From: a bacterium
GTDB taxonomy: Bacteria > Patescibacteriota > Minisyncoccia > Phycocordibacterales > UBA6065
Direction of reading: 5' to 3'
Length of the DNA stretch: 64,000 nt
Assembly (NCBI GenBank): GCA_030680695.1
Contig: JAUXUT010000149.1
Span: forward strand, 167,801 to 231,800
Shown: positions 1 through 10,048 of the stretch, piece by piece
How the letters are laid out: every line of letters begins with the position of its first letter
Position numbering within the stretch: position 1 is the stretch's first letter
Position numbers and translations under genes: made by a program
The notes under the pieces: model-generated
Told to the model about the DNA's origin: nothing
Seen by the model: only the letters and a program-made list of their open reading frames with translations
Database searches by the model: none

Positions 1-462
1 CTTCGTGACCAAGGCGTGCCATACCAGCCAGAGGTCGGACAATCCGCAGACAGTGCCGTCACTTATGTATTGGAATTTCCGGTCAAGGCACCTGAAGATT
101 CCATGTATAAAGACGACCTATCCGCAATTCAACTGCTCGAATTCTGGAAGACGGTAAAGATTAATTTCACTGAACACAATCCATCGGTCACTATTTCGGT
201 CGGCGAAGACGAATGGATCGAAGTCGGAAACTGGGTGTATAGAAATTGGGATATCGTCGGAGGTCTTTCATTCCTGCCACGCGACAACCATGTATATCAG
301 CTAGCACCTTATGAAGAGATATCCCGGGAACGATACGAAGAACTATCTCGCGCACTCGACCACATAGACTATTCAAAAATTATGGGCTACGAGAAGTCAG
401 ACGAGATCGACGTAAAAAAAGAACTCGCCTGCATGGGTAACGTTTGCGAGATAGCTCTCTAA
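1..462 (+). CDS. nrdJ: Class II (adenosylcobalamin-dependent) ribonucleotide reductase, C-terminal part; 5' end lies outside the window
   Basis: EHNPSVTI, GLSFLP and YQLAPYEEI motifs; C-terminal redox tail ELACMGNVCE (CxxxxC) typical of monomeric RTPR/NrdJ. Confidence 0.88.
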   Translation, partial: LRDQGVPYQPEVGQSADSAVTYVLEFPVKAPEDSMYKDDLSAIQLLEFWKTVKINFTEHNPSVTISVGEDEWIEVGNWVYRNWDIVGGLSFLPRDNHVYQLAPYEEISRERYEELSRALDHIDYSKIMGYEKSDEIDVKKELACMGNVCEIAL

Positions 463-474
463 AAATATACCGCC

Positions 475-996
475 ATGATCATCATCTTTACAGGAAACGG
501 CAAAGGTAAGACCACGGCGGCAATAGGGCAGGCAGTTCGTGCTGTGGGCAACGGCAGTTGCGTTCTTATGGTGCAACTTATAAAAGGGCCATGGAAGTCA
601 GGTGAAGATAATTCAGTCAAGATATTTGGATCGAGTTTTAAGATCGAGAAGATGGGTAAAGGTTTTGTAAGACCAGACAGCGACGGGCCATCAATCGCTC
701 TGCATGCGAAAGCGGCAAGAAAGGCTCTTGATTTCTCAATAGGCGAACTAGAGAAAGGCACGTGGAAGATACTCATCCTCGACGAAGTTTGGGTGGCTTT
801 GTCACTCAGGCTTCTTACTGAGAAAGAAGTGAAAACGTTTATTGAACAGGCTGAAAAGCACTGTGACCATCTCATCATGACAGGCCGTGGTTGCCCTCAG
901 GTTTTCATGGACAGGGCCGACCTCGTCACCGAGATGAAGGAAGTGAAACATCCATTCTCGAAGGGCGTCCAGGCAGCGAAATGTGTGGAATATTAA
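475..996 (+). CDS. cobO: Corrinoid adenosyltransferase, CobO/BtuR/CobA type
   Basis: FTGNGKGKTTAAIG P-loop, ILDE, MTGRG and ADLVTEMKEVKHPF motifs. Confidence 0.93.
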   Translation: MIIIFTGNGKGKTTAAIGQAVRAVGNGSCVLMVQLIKGPWKSGEDNSVKIFGSSFKIEKMGKGFVRPDSDGPSIALHAKAARKALDFSIGELEKGTWKILILDEVWVALSLRLLTEKEVKTFIEQAEKHCDHLIMTGRGCPQVFMDRADLVTEMKEVKHPFSKGVQAAKCVEY

Positions 997-1946
997 AGAG
1001 CCAGCGATAGATGATCGATGATTTTTCCTGCGGCTGCGACAGCCATCTGGTCTCTGATACTCTGGCGAGCCGATGCGATGTGAGGCGTCAGGATGACGTT
1101 AGATAGTTTGGAGAGGCCGCGGGCAAGGCGTGGTTCGTGTTCGAACACGTCGAGGCCGGCACCAGCAATGACACCGTCTTTCAACGCTTGAACAAGCGCA
1201 TCTTCGTCGACGACTGGCCCGCGGGAGGTATTTATAAGAAAGGCACTGCGTTTCATTAAATGCAAACGATTTGCATTTAGAAGATGATGGGTCGATTCTA
1301 GAAGTGGAACGTGCAGGCTCACGAAATCAGATTCGGCGAGCAGATCATCAATGTTTTCAAAGCGGACAGCCCCAAGAGATGACTCGATTTCTTCGTTCGG
1401 TTTGGCATCGAAATATATTATGCGAGCACCGAATCCGTGTTTCATAATGCGCGCCGTGTGCGATCCAATACTACCAGTACCGACGATACCAACAACTTTA
1501 CCTGAAAGGTCTGTGCCGATGAGGTTCATAGGGTCCCAGCCTATGTACTTTCCCTTACGCATGAACGCATCTGCCTCGACCATGCGCGTGGTGAGTCCGA
1601 GCATCAAAGCAACAGCGTGTTCGGCCACAGCTTGGCTTGAAACGTTCGGAGTGTTGGTCACAGTTATACCGCGTTTTGTAGCCTCGACGATATCAATGTT
1701 GTCCATTCCTGCGGCATAGTTTGCATAAATCTTGACCGATGGAGCTGCATCAAATATTTCCGCATCAATCGTGTCGGTAAGGAGGCAAAGCACCGCGTCG
1801 TATGGCTTACTGCGGAGCTCACGGATGAGTTCTCGGCGAGACGGTGCCCTTTTTTTAGACCAAACATCAACTTCGAAACCTTTGCCGCGGAGTATGTCTA
1901 ATCCTACGGCTGGTATATTTCTGGTGACAAAGACTTTCTTGTTCAT
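993..1946 (-). CDS. D-isomer 2-hydroxyacid dehydrogenase (glyoxylate reductase/D-glycerate dehydrogenase-like)
   Basis: GIVGTGSIG Rossmann motif, INTSRGPVVDE, GLDVFEHEP, LTPHIAS. Confidence 0.92.
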   Translation of the reverse strand: MNKKVFVTRNIPAVGLDILRGKGFEVDVWSKKRAPSRRELIRELRSKPYDAVLCLLTDTIDAEIFDAAPSVKIYANYAAGMDNIDIVEATKRGITVTNTPNVSSQAVAEHAVALMLGLTTRMVEADAFMRKGKYIGWDPMNLIGTDLSGKVVGIVGTGSIGSHTARIMKHGFGARIIYFDAKPNEEIESSLGAVRFENIDDLLAESDFVSLHVPLLESTHHLLNANRLHLMKRSAFLINTSRGPVVDEDALVQALKDGVIAGAGLDVFEHEPRLARGLSKLSNVILTPHIASARQSIRDQMAVAAAGKIIDHLSLAL

Positions 1947-1956
1947 GATGTTACGG

Positions 1957-2613
1957 TTATGCGTTAACTTTCGATTTTACGGATACTGTTTTCTTGTCGA
2001 GCATGAGGCCGGAATTGTCGAGGCGGTATATACGCATTTCACCGAAAGGCATTTCGACATCTTTGATTCCCTCATCAGATATGCTCTCAATATGTTTTAT
2101 GAGAGCTCGGCAAGAATTACCATGGGCAACAACGAGGACGCTTTCGCCTTTTTGAAGGGCAGGCAAGACGTGTTCGAGGAAATACGGGAGTGAGCGAGCG
2201 GACACGTCCTTTAGTGTTTCACCATTCGGGACCGGATAGTCCCATTCGCGGCGCAAACGTTCCCAGTTCTCCGTACCAAGAAGCTTTTGCATCTCCCATT
2301 TGTCCTTGCCAGTATAGTCGCCGTAGTCTCGTTCATTGAGTGTAGATGCGTGTTCTGTAGGCACATCATAAAAGCCCAAAGTGTTGAGCATGCACGATAG
2401 TGTTTCAATTGATCGCACCTGCATCGATGCAAAGGCACGGTCTACGCGGTTATTCCATGAGTCTGGCGCATCTTTCAACATTTGACCCATTTCGTTTGAT
2501 TTCTCGAAACCGTATTCTGTGAGATGGCGGTCTCTCTTCCCAGTCCAAAGACCGAGCTTGTTCCATTCCGACTCGTGGTGCCGGGCTAGTATGAGGACGC
2601 CTTGCTCTTTCAT
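1957..2613 (-). CDS. gpmA: 2,3-bisphosphoglycerate-dependent phosphoglycerate mutase
   Basis: LARHHESEWN, LNERDYG, PNGETLKD and AHGNS histidine-phosphatase motifs. Confidence 0.88.
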   Translation of the reverse strand: MKEQGVLILARHHESEWNKLGLWTGKRDRHLTEYGFEKSNEMGQMLKDAPDSWNNRVDRAFASMQVRSIETLSCMLNTLGFYDVPTEHASTLNERDYGDYTGKDKWEMQKLLGTENWERLRREWDYPVPNGETLKDVSARSLPYFLEHVLPALQKGESVLVVAHGNSCRALIKHIESISDEGIKDVEMPFGEMRIYRLDNSGLMLDKKTVSVKSKVNA

Positions 2614-2621
2614 ATCTGGTT

Positions 2622-3134
2622 TTATTCTACGCCGAGGAGTTGCACCTGGAAGATGAGGGTCGAGCCCGCAGGAATCGAGCCGATGGCGCGGTCTCCGTAG
2701 GCGAGGTTGGCTGGAATGACGAGGCGTCGCACACCGCCCACCTTCATGCCTTCGACACCGAGGTCCCAGCCTCGGATAACCTGACCTGCCCCAAGGGCGA
2801 AAGTAAACGGCTGGCCGCGATCGAGAGAACTATCGAATTTCTCGCCGTTGGTCAGTATGCCTACGTAATGAACAGTCACGGCATTTCCTGATGATGCGAC
2901 AGTGCCGGTGCCTACAGTTTCGTCGTATATTTCAAGTCCTGGGATAGTGGAAATGTTATTCATAGTTTGCTGGTTAGCGGAAGGCTGTATTGAATTTGAC
3001 GACTGATTAGTTGGGCCGATTGGTCCGGTTCCTCTGGCGAAGTAATTCCAGATGGAGTTTCCATAAAAGAGGGTAATCGCCACAACGACGCCTACTGCAG
3101 CCGCTATCCATTCGCGCGTTCCGAATTTTCTCAT
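2622..3134 (-). CDS. FKBP-type peptidyl-prolyl isomerase with N-terminal membrane anchor
   Basis: VHYVG, FDSSLDRGQPF, VIRGWDLG, LAYG motifs; hydrophobic N-terminus. Confidence 0.93.
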   Translation of the reverse strand: MRKFGTREWIAAAVGVVVAITLFYGNSIWNYFARGTGPIGPTNQSSNSIQPSANQQTMNNISTIPGLEIYDETVGTGTVASSGNAVTVHYVGILTNGEKFDSSLDRGQPFTFALGAGQVIRGWDLGVEGMKVGGVRRLVIPANLAYGDRAIGSIPAGSTLIFQVQLLGVE

Positions 3135-3184
3135 AAGATTTCTCTTAGCTAATACCCATACATTGTACTATAATATCTCCCATC

Positions 3185-3916
3185 ATGCTCAAAAGAATTT
3201 GGAAAAAGGTGTCTGGGAACTACAAAGGCAATAGTGATATGTCTGATACTCATATTCATGTCGATCAGATGGCCGCCAAAAAGTTCAAGGATGGTATGCG
3301 CCGCCGCATGGCCACCATCAACAGCGAGTTCCGTCACACTTTCAAGTTTCTTGAGCACTATCCAAAGTCGGTGACGTTTTTCGGTTCAGCACGGTTCCTT
3401 GAGGATCATCCCGATTATGTAAGGGCACGCAATCTTGCGAAAAAAGTCGTGAACGAAACGGGGTATACGGTTATTACGGGTGGAGGTCCCGGTATTATGG
3501 AAGCAGGTAATCGTGGCGCATACGAGGCTGGTGGAAAATCCATCGGCATGAATATTGTCCTTCCGCACGAGCAAAAGGTGAATGAATATCTCACTGCCAA
3601 CATTCGTTTTTATTATTTCTTCATACGCAAGGTCGCACTTTCGTTCTCGGCCGAGGTGTATGTCTTCTTTCCTGGCGGCTATGGCACTCTCGATGAGTTT
3701 TATGAGATGCTCACCCTCGTCCAAACCAAGAAAATTCCTCCAACGCCAATCATTTGCATCGGGCGCGATTTTTGGAAAAGAGTTATGGATGTAACACTTG
3801 CTATGCGTGATGAATATCAGACCATATCGCCTGGCGATGAACGTCTCTTTAATATTGTTGATACCGACGAGGAGGTGATTGAAATTATCAAGAAAACACC
3901 GATCAAGAAGTTATAG
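3185..3916 (+). CDS. LOG family (TIGR00730-like) nucleotide monophosphate nucleosidase
   Basis: FFGSAR, TGGGPGIMEA and FPGGYGTLDE motifs. Confidence 0.9.
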   Translation: MLKRIWKKVSGNYKGNSDMSDTHIHVDQMAAKKFKDGMRRRMATINSEFRHTFKFLEHYPKSVTFFGSARFLEDHPDYVRARNLAKKVVNETGYTVITGGGPGIMEAGNRGAYEAGGKSIGMNIVLPHEQKVNEYLTANIRFYYFFIRKVALSFSAEVYVFFPGGYGTLDEFYEMLTLVQTKKIPPTPIICIGRDFWKRVMDVTLAMRDEYQTISPGDERLFNIVDTDEEVIEIIKKTPIKKL

Positions 3917-3946
3917 GTTTACTGTACTGGTACAAGTCGGAGAAAG

Positions 3947-3976
3947 AAAAAGCGCGGTCCGTAAGGACCGCGCTTT
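3947..3976. terminator. Bidirectional intrinsic terminator
   Basis: AAAGCGCGGTCC-GTAA-GGACCGCGCTTT perfect stem between convergent genes. Confidence 0.85.
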
Positions 3977-3984
3977 GTGCGCCA

Positions 3985-4143
3985 TCAGAATGGCGAATTT
4001 TTATGGAGCCAGTAGGCTCCGTAGACGAGCGTGGCGAGGATGCTCAACGCGAAGAACCATGAGAAGAACACCTGGGCAGGGCTCTTTGGACGGTCTTCGG
4101 GATTGTCCTGGCCGGGCTCGAACTCATCATCGAACGTTTTCAT
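3985..4143 (-). CDS. 52-aa single-TM small protein (ORFan), not in the supplied ORF track
   Basis: Manual translation: MKTFDDEFEPGQDNPEDRPKSPAQVFFSWFFALSILATLVYGAYWLHKNSPF*; acidic N-terminus, one TM segment, followed by a terminator. Confidence 0.7.
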   Translation of the reverse strand: MKTFDDEFEPGQDNPEDRPKSPAQVFFSWFFALSILATLVYGAYWLHKNSPF

Positions 4144-4204
4144 GGGAAGGGCTGATGTTCAGGATTCTCTAATAATGTTACGTCACCTGTCGCGTCTGTG
4201 CTAG

Positions 4205-5437
<1,233 letters not shown>

Positions 5438-5478
5438 TTTTTTGACAAGAAGCCGAAACTGGTTAACCTGTATATTGA

Positions 5479-5874
5479 ATGACTGCACAATCAAATAAAA
5501 GCCGCACGACGCCTCGGCGCGTGCGTACGGTTACGGTCCCGCTTATCCCCACGCTCGAGGAATTCCTTGCAGATGTGGTCCGCATGCAGCGGAAATACGC
5601 CAAGGGTCATCGCAGGACGAGGCGACCAGTGTTCACGGCTATGATCAGGGGCGGCTTCAAGAGTCCCCCAGCCTCGACGCCGCAGGCGGCGCTGGAAGAG
5701 CTGTTCCAGTCGATCCGGGAATCGTTTCCGGATCAGTTAGCAGTGAGTGGCGTCGTCATCCGAGTTGGCATCAAGGGCTGTTCGTTCGACCACTCGATCC
5801 CTTGCGCGATCGCACAATCGATTGCCGATGAAGCCGCGAAGCCTTTCGGCCTTCAGGTCAGATACGATTGTTGA
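5479..5874 (+). CDS. Hypothetical protein (ORFan)
   Basis: 131-aa ORF with TTGACA upstream (~5442) and a terminator downstream; family not recognised. Confidence 0.55.
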   Translation: MTAQSNKSRTTPRRVRTVTVPLIPTLEEFLADVVRMQRKYAKGHRRTRRPVFTAMIRGGFKSPPASTPQAALEELFQSIRESFPDQLAVSGVVIRVGIKGCSFDHSIPCAIAQSIADEAAKPFGLQVRYDC

Positions 5875-5879
5875 CAACG

Positions 5880-5927
5880 AGTCCCCATCAACAGCCTACC
5901 AAGGCCGTCGATGGGGACTTTTATTTT
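5880..5927 (+). terminator. Intrinsic terminator
   Basis: AGTCCCCATC...GATGGGGACT stem followed by TTTATTTT. Confidence 0.7.
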
Positions 5928-5942
5928 CAACTTCCATCTTCC

Positions 5943-5971
5943 TTGTGCGTCAACTTAAGGAGGGGTATAAT
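5943..5971 (+). promoter_or_regulatory. Sigma70-type promoter
   Basis: TTGTGC-17 nt-TATAAT. Confidence 0.55.
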
Positions 5972-6095
5972 TAAGGGGTAATGTCATATTTCGCACAATT
6001 TATTATTTCCATTGCCAAGCTTTGGGCCGTTAACGGTCGAAGGTTCGCTTATGGATTTGTGCGGATATAGGACACCATTCTCCTCCCGAAATCAT

Positions 6096-6131
6096 AGCCG
6101 AGCCCTCGACCAGAGGGCTCGGCTTCGTTTT
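6096..6131 (+). terminator. Hairpin; terminator or attenuator
   Basis: AGCCGAGCCCTC-GACCA-GAGGGCTCGGCT 12-bp stem, then TCGTTTT. Confidence 0.6.
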
Positions 6132-6190
6132 ATAGCGAGGCAGTGGAATAGTTCTTCACAGTCAGCAAACATCAACCCCGATAATACATC

Positions 6191-6619
6191 ATGAATATTG
6201 ATGGAAAGTCCGACATGCCCTGCAAAGTCCTGAGAATGTTCGTTCCCGGCCTCGGCCTCGGAACTGTTTACCGGCACAAGTCCGGAAGCCAATCGCCGAA
6301 AACCATCGCTCACTACAAACAGCACGGTCGCAGTTTCTGGTTCCAACCGGATTCCGGCGGCCCGCGCGAAGAAGTTCTGGCGTTTCTGCACTGGCTCAAC
6401 GACGTGCGGCTGTATCGCAAAGACCGCTTTGATAAGTTCATGGCTATTCGACGCCGTGAACGTCATCAAGCACGAATTACAGAGCGTCGGTCGGAACGGC
6501 CAGTGCCGTCCAATGACCGGTTCCTGCGCGGATACGTGTCGCCGAAGGATTGTGTTCGACACGGCTTCGTCAAGACGAGCGTGGCCGATGTTTCTGGCGC
6601 GATCAAGGCTACGGCCTGA
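6191..6619 (+). CDS. Hypothetical basic protein (ORFan)
   Basis: 142-aa ORF, AACATCAACCCC upstream, 17-bp terminator downstream. Confidence 0.6.
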   Translation: MNIDGKSDMPCKVLRMFVPGLGLGTVYRHKSGSQSPKTIAHYKQHGRSFWFQPDSGGPREEVLAFLHWLNDVRLYRKDRFDKFMAIRRRERHQARITERRSERPVPSNDRFLRGYVSPKDCVRHGFVKTSVADVSGAIKATA

Positions 6620-6629
6620 TTGTGCAAGC

Positions 6630-6674
6630 AGCCCCTAGCGCCCTCCGATAGGAGGGCGCTAGGGGCTTTTTCTT
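6630..6674 (+). terminator. Intrinsic terminator
   Basis: AGCCCCTAGCGCCCTCC-GATA-GGAGGGCGCTAGGGGCT 17-bp perfect stem plus T-tract. Confidence 0.9.
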
Positions 6675-6715
6675 GTTCGGGCCGTGCGCTATAGTGGAGC
6701 CTTAACCACATCAGT

Positions 6716-8830
6716 ATGGCTTCTCCTTTCACTATATATACAGGCGGTCATACGCCAGCGGGTGACCAACCCAGGGCGATACAGGCCCTCACCAAAGGGC
6801 TGAAATCTGGCATGCGCCACCAGACCTTGTTTGGCGTGACTGGATCAGGCAAGACATTCACGGCGGCGAACGTCATCGCGGACTATGGCAAACCGACACT
6901 CGTCATCGCCCACAACAAAACTCTCGCCGCCCAGCTCGCCCAGGAATACCGCGAGTTTTTCCCGAACAACGCCGTTCATTATTTTGTCTCGTACTACGAT
7001 TACTATCAGCCCGAGGCATACATGCCGGTGACCGATACATATATCGAGAAGGAGGCGATGATCAACGCCGAAATTGAACGTCTACGCCACGCCTCGACCC
7101 AGGCTTTGCTCACAAGAAAAGACGTCATCATAGTAGCGTCGGTGTCTTGTATCTACGGTCTCGGCTCGCCAGATGAATACGAGAAGGTGAACATGAAGAT
7201 ATCGAAAGGTATGAAGGCCGATCGTGCAGAAATCATTCGCCGCCTTGTTGGTATTCATTTCGAACGCACGAATGCTGACCTCGAGCCGGGCAATTTCCGC
7301 GCCATCGGCAACACCATCGAAATCATGCCAGTCAGCGAGAAAACCATATTCAGGCTTTCTCTCGACGACGACAAAGTTTCATCAATAGACAAAATAGATG
7401 CGGTGACACGCGCCATCATCGAACCGCTCGAAGTTTTTTTCTTGTTCCCGGCCAAACATTTCATAACCGACAAGGCGCAAGTAGAAAAGGCATTCAAATC
7501 AATCAAGGCTGAGCTCGACCGTCGCCTCGAAGAATTGAAAGCAGAAGGGAAGCCGTTGGAGGCCGAGCGTCTCAAACGCCGCGTCTCGTATGACCTTGCC
7601 ATGATTCGCGAAGTTGGATACACGAACGGTATTGAAAACTACTCGCGTCATTTTTCAGGCATGGCCCCAGGCGAGCCACCAGACACGCTCCTTTCATATT
7701 TTCCTCACAAGGCCGATGGCACGCCGGACTTCCTTACCATAATCGACGAATCGCATGTTACCTTGCCTCAAATCGGCGGTATGCAGGCGGGCGATGCTTC
7801 GCGCAAGAAAACCTTGATCGAACACGGTTTCCGCTTGCCTTCGGCCGCGGACAACAGACCGCTCAAATTCGACGAGTTTGAAGAACGTGTGGGCCAGTGC
7901 ATATACACCTCGGCCACGCCTGGCACATTTGAAAAAGAACATTGCACACCCGAGGCAGGCGGCCAGATTGTCGAGCAAGTTATCCGTCCGACCGGTCTCA
8001 TTGACCCAATCATCACCATCAAGCCCGTTGTTGAACGCGCGGATTTTGAAGGCCGTCCGTTCAAAGGCCAGATTGCCGATTCCATAGCAGAGGCAGAAAA
8101 AACCGTGAAGGCCGGTTTCCGCGTTATTCTCACGACGCTTACCAAAAAAATGGCCGAGGACCTCACCGACTATTTGAAAGATAAAGGCATCAAGTCTGAA
8201 TATTTGCACAGCGATATCAAGACCATTGACCGCATCACCATTTTGACTGAATTCCGAAAGGGAACGTTTGACGTGCTCGTCGGTGTGAACTTGTTGCGAG
8301 AAGGCCTCGACTTACCTGAAGTCGCCCTCATCTGCATCCTCGATGCCGACAAGGAAGGATTCTTGCGATCTGAAACTTCTCTCATTCAGATAATTGGACG
8401 AGCAGCCCGCAACGTCGAAGGTCGAGTCATCATATATGCCGACACGGTTACAGGTTCGATCGAAAGGGCAGTGAAGGAAACCGACCGCCGTCGCGCTATC
8501 CAGGTCGCATACAACAAGGAACACGGCATCACGCCAAAAACTATCATCAAGGCGATCAAAGATATCACCGATCAACTCCAGACCGAGCACAAGAAGGCCG
8601 TCGCAACAGAGCTTGCCATAGACCAAGCATTGTTCGAGAAAGACCCCAAGAAACTCATCAGGCAAAAAGAGCAAGCGATGGAAGAGGCTGTGAAGGTCCT
8701 CAACTTTGAAACCGCCGCCATATTGCGCGACGAGATATTGCAATTGCGCGAGAAGCTCGAAGAGCTCACCTCCGCGTCGAAAAAACCGGCCAAAGAAAGC
8801 CCTCGCAAGAAGAGGTCGGCCAAAGACTAG
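6716..8830 (+). CDS. uvrB: Excinuclease ABC subunit B
   Basis: GVTGSGKT, YYDYYQPEAY, DESH, NLLREGLDLPEV, GRAARN; C-terminal UVR motif. Confidence 0.98.
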   Translation: MASPFTIYTGGHTPAGDQPRAIQALTKGLKSGMRHQTLFGVTGSGKTFTAANVIADYGKPTLVIAHNKTLAAQLAQEYREFFPNNAVHYFVSYYDYYQPEAYMPVTDTYIEKEAMINAEIERLRHASTQALLTRKDVIIVASVSCIYGLGSPDEYEKVNMKISKGMKADRAEIIRRLVGIHFERTNADLEPGNFRAIGNTIEIMPVSEKTIFRLSLDDDKVSSIDKIDAVTRAIIEPLEVFFLFPAKHFITDKAQVEKAFKSIKAELDRRLEELKAEGKPLEAERLKRRVSYDLAMIREVGYTNGIENYSRHFSGMAPGEPPDTLLSYFPHKADGTPDFLTIIDESHVTLPQIGGMQAGDASRKKTLIEHGFRLPSAADNRPLKFDEFEERVGQCIYTSATPGTFEKEHCTPEAGGQIVEQVIRPTGLIDPIITIKPVVERADFEGRPFKGQIADSIAEAEKTVKAGFRVILTTLTKKMAEDLTDYLKDKGIKSEYLHSDIKTIDRITILTEFRKGTFDVLVGVNLLREGLDLPEVALICILDADKEGFLRSETSLIQIIGRAARNVEGRVIIYADTVTGSIERAVKETDRRRAIQVAYNKEHGITPKTIIKAIKDITDQLQTEHKKAVATELAIDQALFEKDPKKLIRQKEQAMEEAVKVLNFETAAILRDEILQLREKLEELTSASKKPAKESPRKKRSAKD

Positions 8831-8833
8831 CTA

Positions 8834-8862
8834 TTGACAATTACACCGTAAAGGTGTATAAT
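8834..8862 (+). promoter_or_regulatory. Consensus sigma70 promoter with an internal palindrome
   Basis: TTGACA-17 nt-TATAAT; TACACC-GTAAA-GGTGTA at 8842-8858. Confidence 0.85.
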
Positions 8863-8941
8863 GGATAAAGAGTACGTTGAGGTTGAAAAGAGGGGCGTAA
8901 CAAAGCCATTTCTCTCTTTTCACCCTCAACCCACCAGTTCT

Positions 8942-9331
8942 ATGAAAATCAAGTGTATCGTCGGACTCATCATCGCGGCCTTGTTCGCATTCATTTCTAA
9001 CGTCGCCAACGCCGAAAATGCCACGACCGACAGGTTCGAACCCGGATTCGCGGCCAAGGCCCAGTGCTACATGAAGGTCAACGTCGCAAAATCCCGCCTC
9101 GGTCACGGTTACATCGTGCCTGGCATGAAGGTCGCTGTGACGGCAAAGGAAACGGACGGCCTCTATCTGGTCTCGTGTCAGATGGAGGATGGTAGTAAGC
9201 AGTTGCTCCAGGTCCCCGACGGCACCATCGTCCGGCTCACCGAGGATCAGCTCACTCTCTTGGTCACCGACCATGGGGCCGAGCTCGTCAAAGCAGTCGC
9301 CGACCTCAACCAGAGTTCCGATAAGGACTGA
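8942..9331 (+). CDS. Secreted hypothetical protein (ORFan), possibly an SH3-like beta domain
   Basis: Start moved to MKIKCIVGLIIAALFAFISNVANA (signal peptide, A-N-A cleavage site); has its own promoter and terminator. Confidence 0.7.
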   Translation: MKIKCIVGLIIAALFAFISNVANAENATTDRFEPGFAAKAQCYMKVNVAKSRLGHGYIVPGMKVAVTAKETDGLYLVSCQMEDGSKQLLQVPDGTIVRLTEDQLTLLVTDHGAELVKAVADLNQSSDKD

Positions 9332-9353
9332 GTCCTTAGCGGACACACATTTC

Positions 9354-9382
9354 GCGCCCAAGCTTTGCTTGGGCGCTTTTTT
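9354..9382 (+). terminator. Intrinsic terminator
   Basis: GCGCCCAAGC-TTT-GCTTGGGCGC plus TTTTTT. Confidence 0.85.
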
Positions 9383-9386
9383 ATCT

Positions 9387-10013
9387 TTAATCTCGCTTTC
9401 GCGGCATACGCGACTTGTTTTGGTCGGCGATTTTCCACAATATTCGCGCCGCATAGGTGCGATATGGGGACCAGGCGGCGAGCGCCGCGGCAATTTTCTT
9501 CTCGCTCGGCAATTTTTTCCAGCCGTGGAGATTCATGAGTTCTTTGCGCAGAACAAGATCGCCGATTGAAAACACGTCCATGCGACCGAGCGAGAACATA
9601 AGGAGCATTTCGGCCGTCCATGGCCCGATGCCTTTGACCTTTGTAAGGTTCAAGACGACTTCGGCGTCAGGAAGGGATGGCAGGGAAGCAAGGTTGAGCT
9701 CGCCCGACAGGACATGCTCGGCGAGTGACTTGATTGCGCGCGACTTGGCACCTGAAAGCCCGGCGGATCGCATCTGTGCATCGGAGAGTTTCAATATTAC
9801 CTTCGGCTCAACCTTCTTGCGCGGTAGGAGAATTTCAAAGCGGGCGAATATGGTGTCGGCCGCCTTGCCCGACAGTTGTTGGCCGATGATGGTCCAGCAG
9901 ATGTCGCGGAAAAGGTCTTTCGACGCCTTCACATCAGGTATGTCAAAAGCGAGCGATACCTTGTGAAGGCGCGGGTCGGTCTTTTTGAAATGGGCTTGTG
10001 CGAGGGAATACAT
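9387..10013 (-). CDS. alkA: DNA-3-methyladenine glycosylase II (AlkA-like, HhH-GPD)
   Basis: IIGQQLSGKAA, KGIGPWTAEM, GDLVLR, WSPYRT; start set at ATG 10013, 7 nt after TGtTAGCAT. Confidence 0.88.
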   Translation of the reverse strand: MYSLAQAHFKKTDPRLHKVSLAFDIPDVKASKDLFRDICWTIIGQQLSGKAADTIFARFEILLPRKKVEPKVILKLSDAQMRSAGLSGAKSRAIKSLAEHVLSGELNLASLPSLPDAEVVLNLTKVKGIGPWTAEMLLMFSLGRMDVFSIGDLVLRKELMNLHGWKKLPSEKKIAAALAAWSPYRTYAARILWKIADQNKSRMPRKRD

Positions 10014-10048
10014 ACACTGGATGCTAACAGATATAGGACACAAACGAC

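Noticed and set aside
3879-4172. 97-aa plus-strand ORF
   Set aside because: It runs through a terminator and is antisense to a more protein-like 52-aa ORF.
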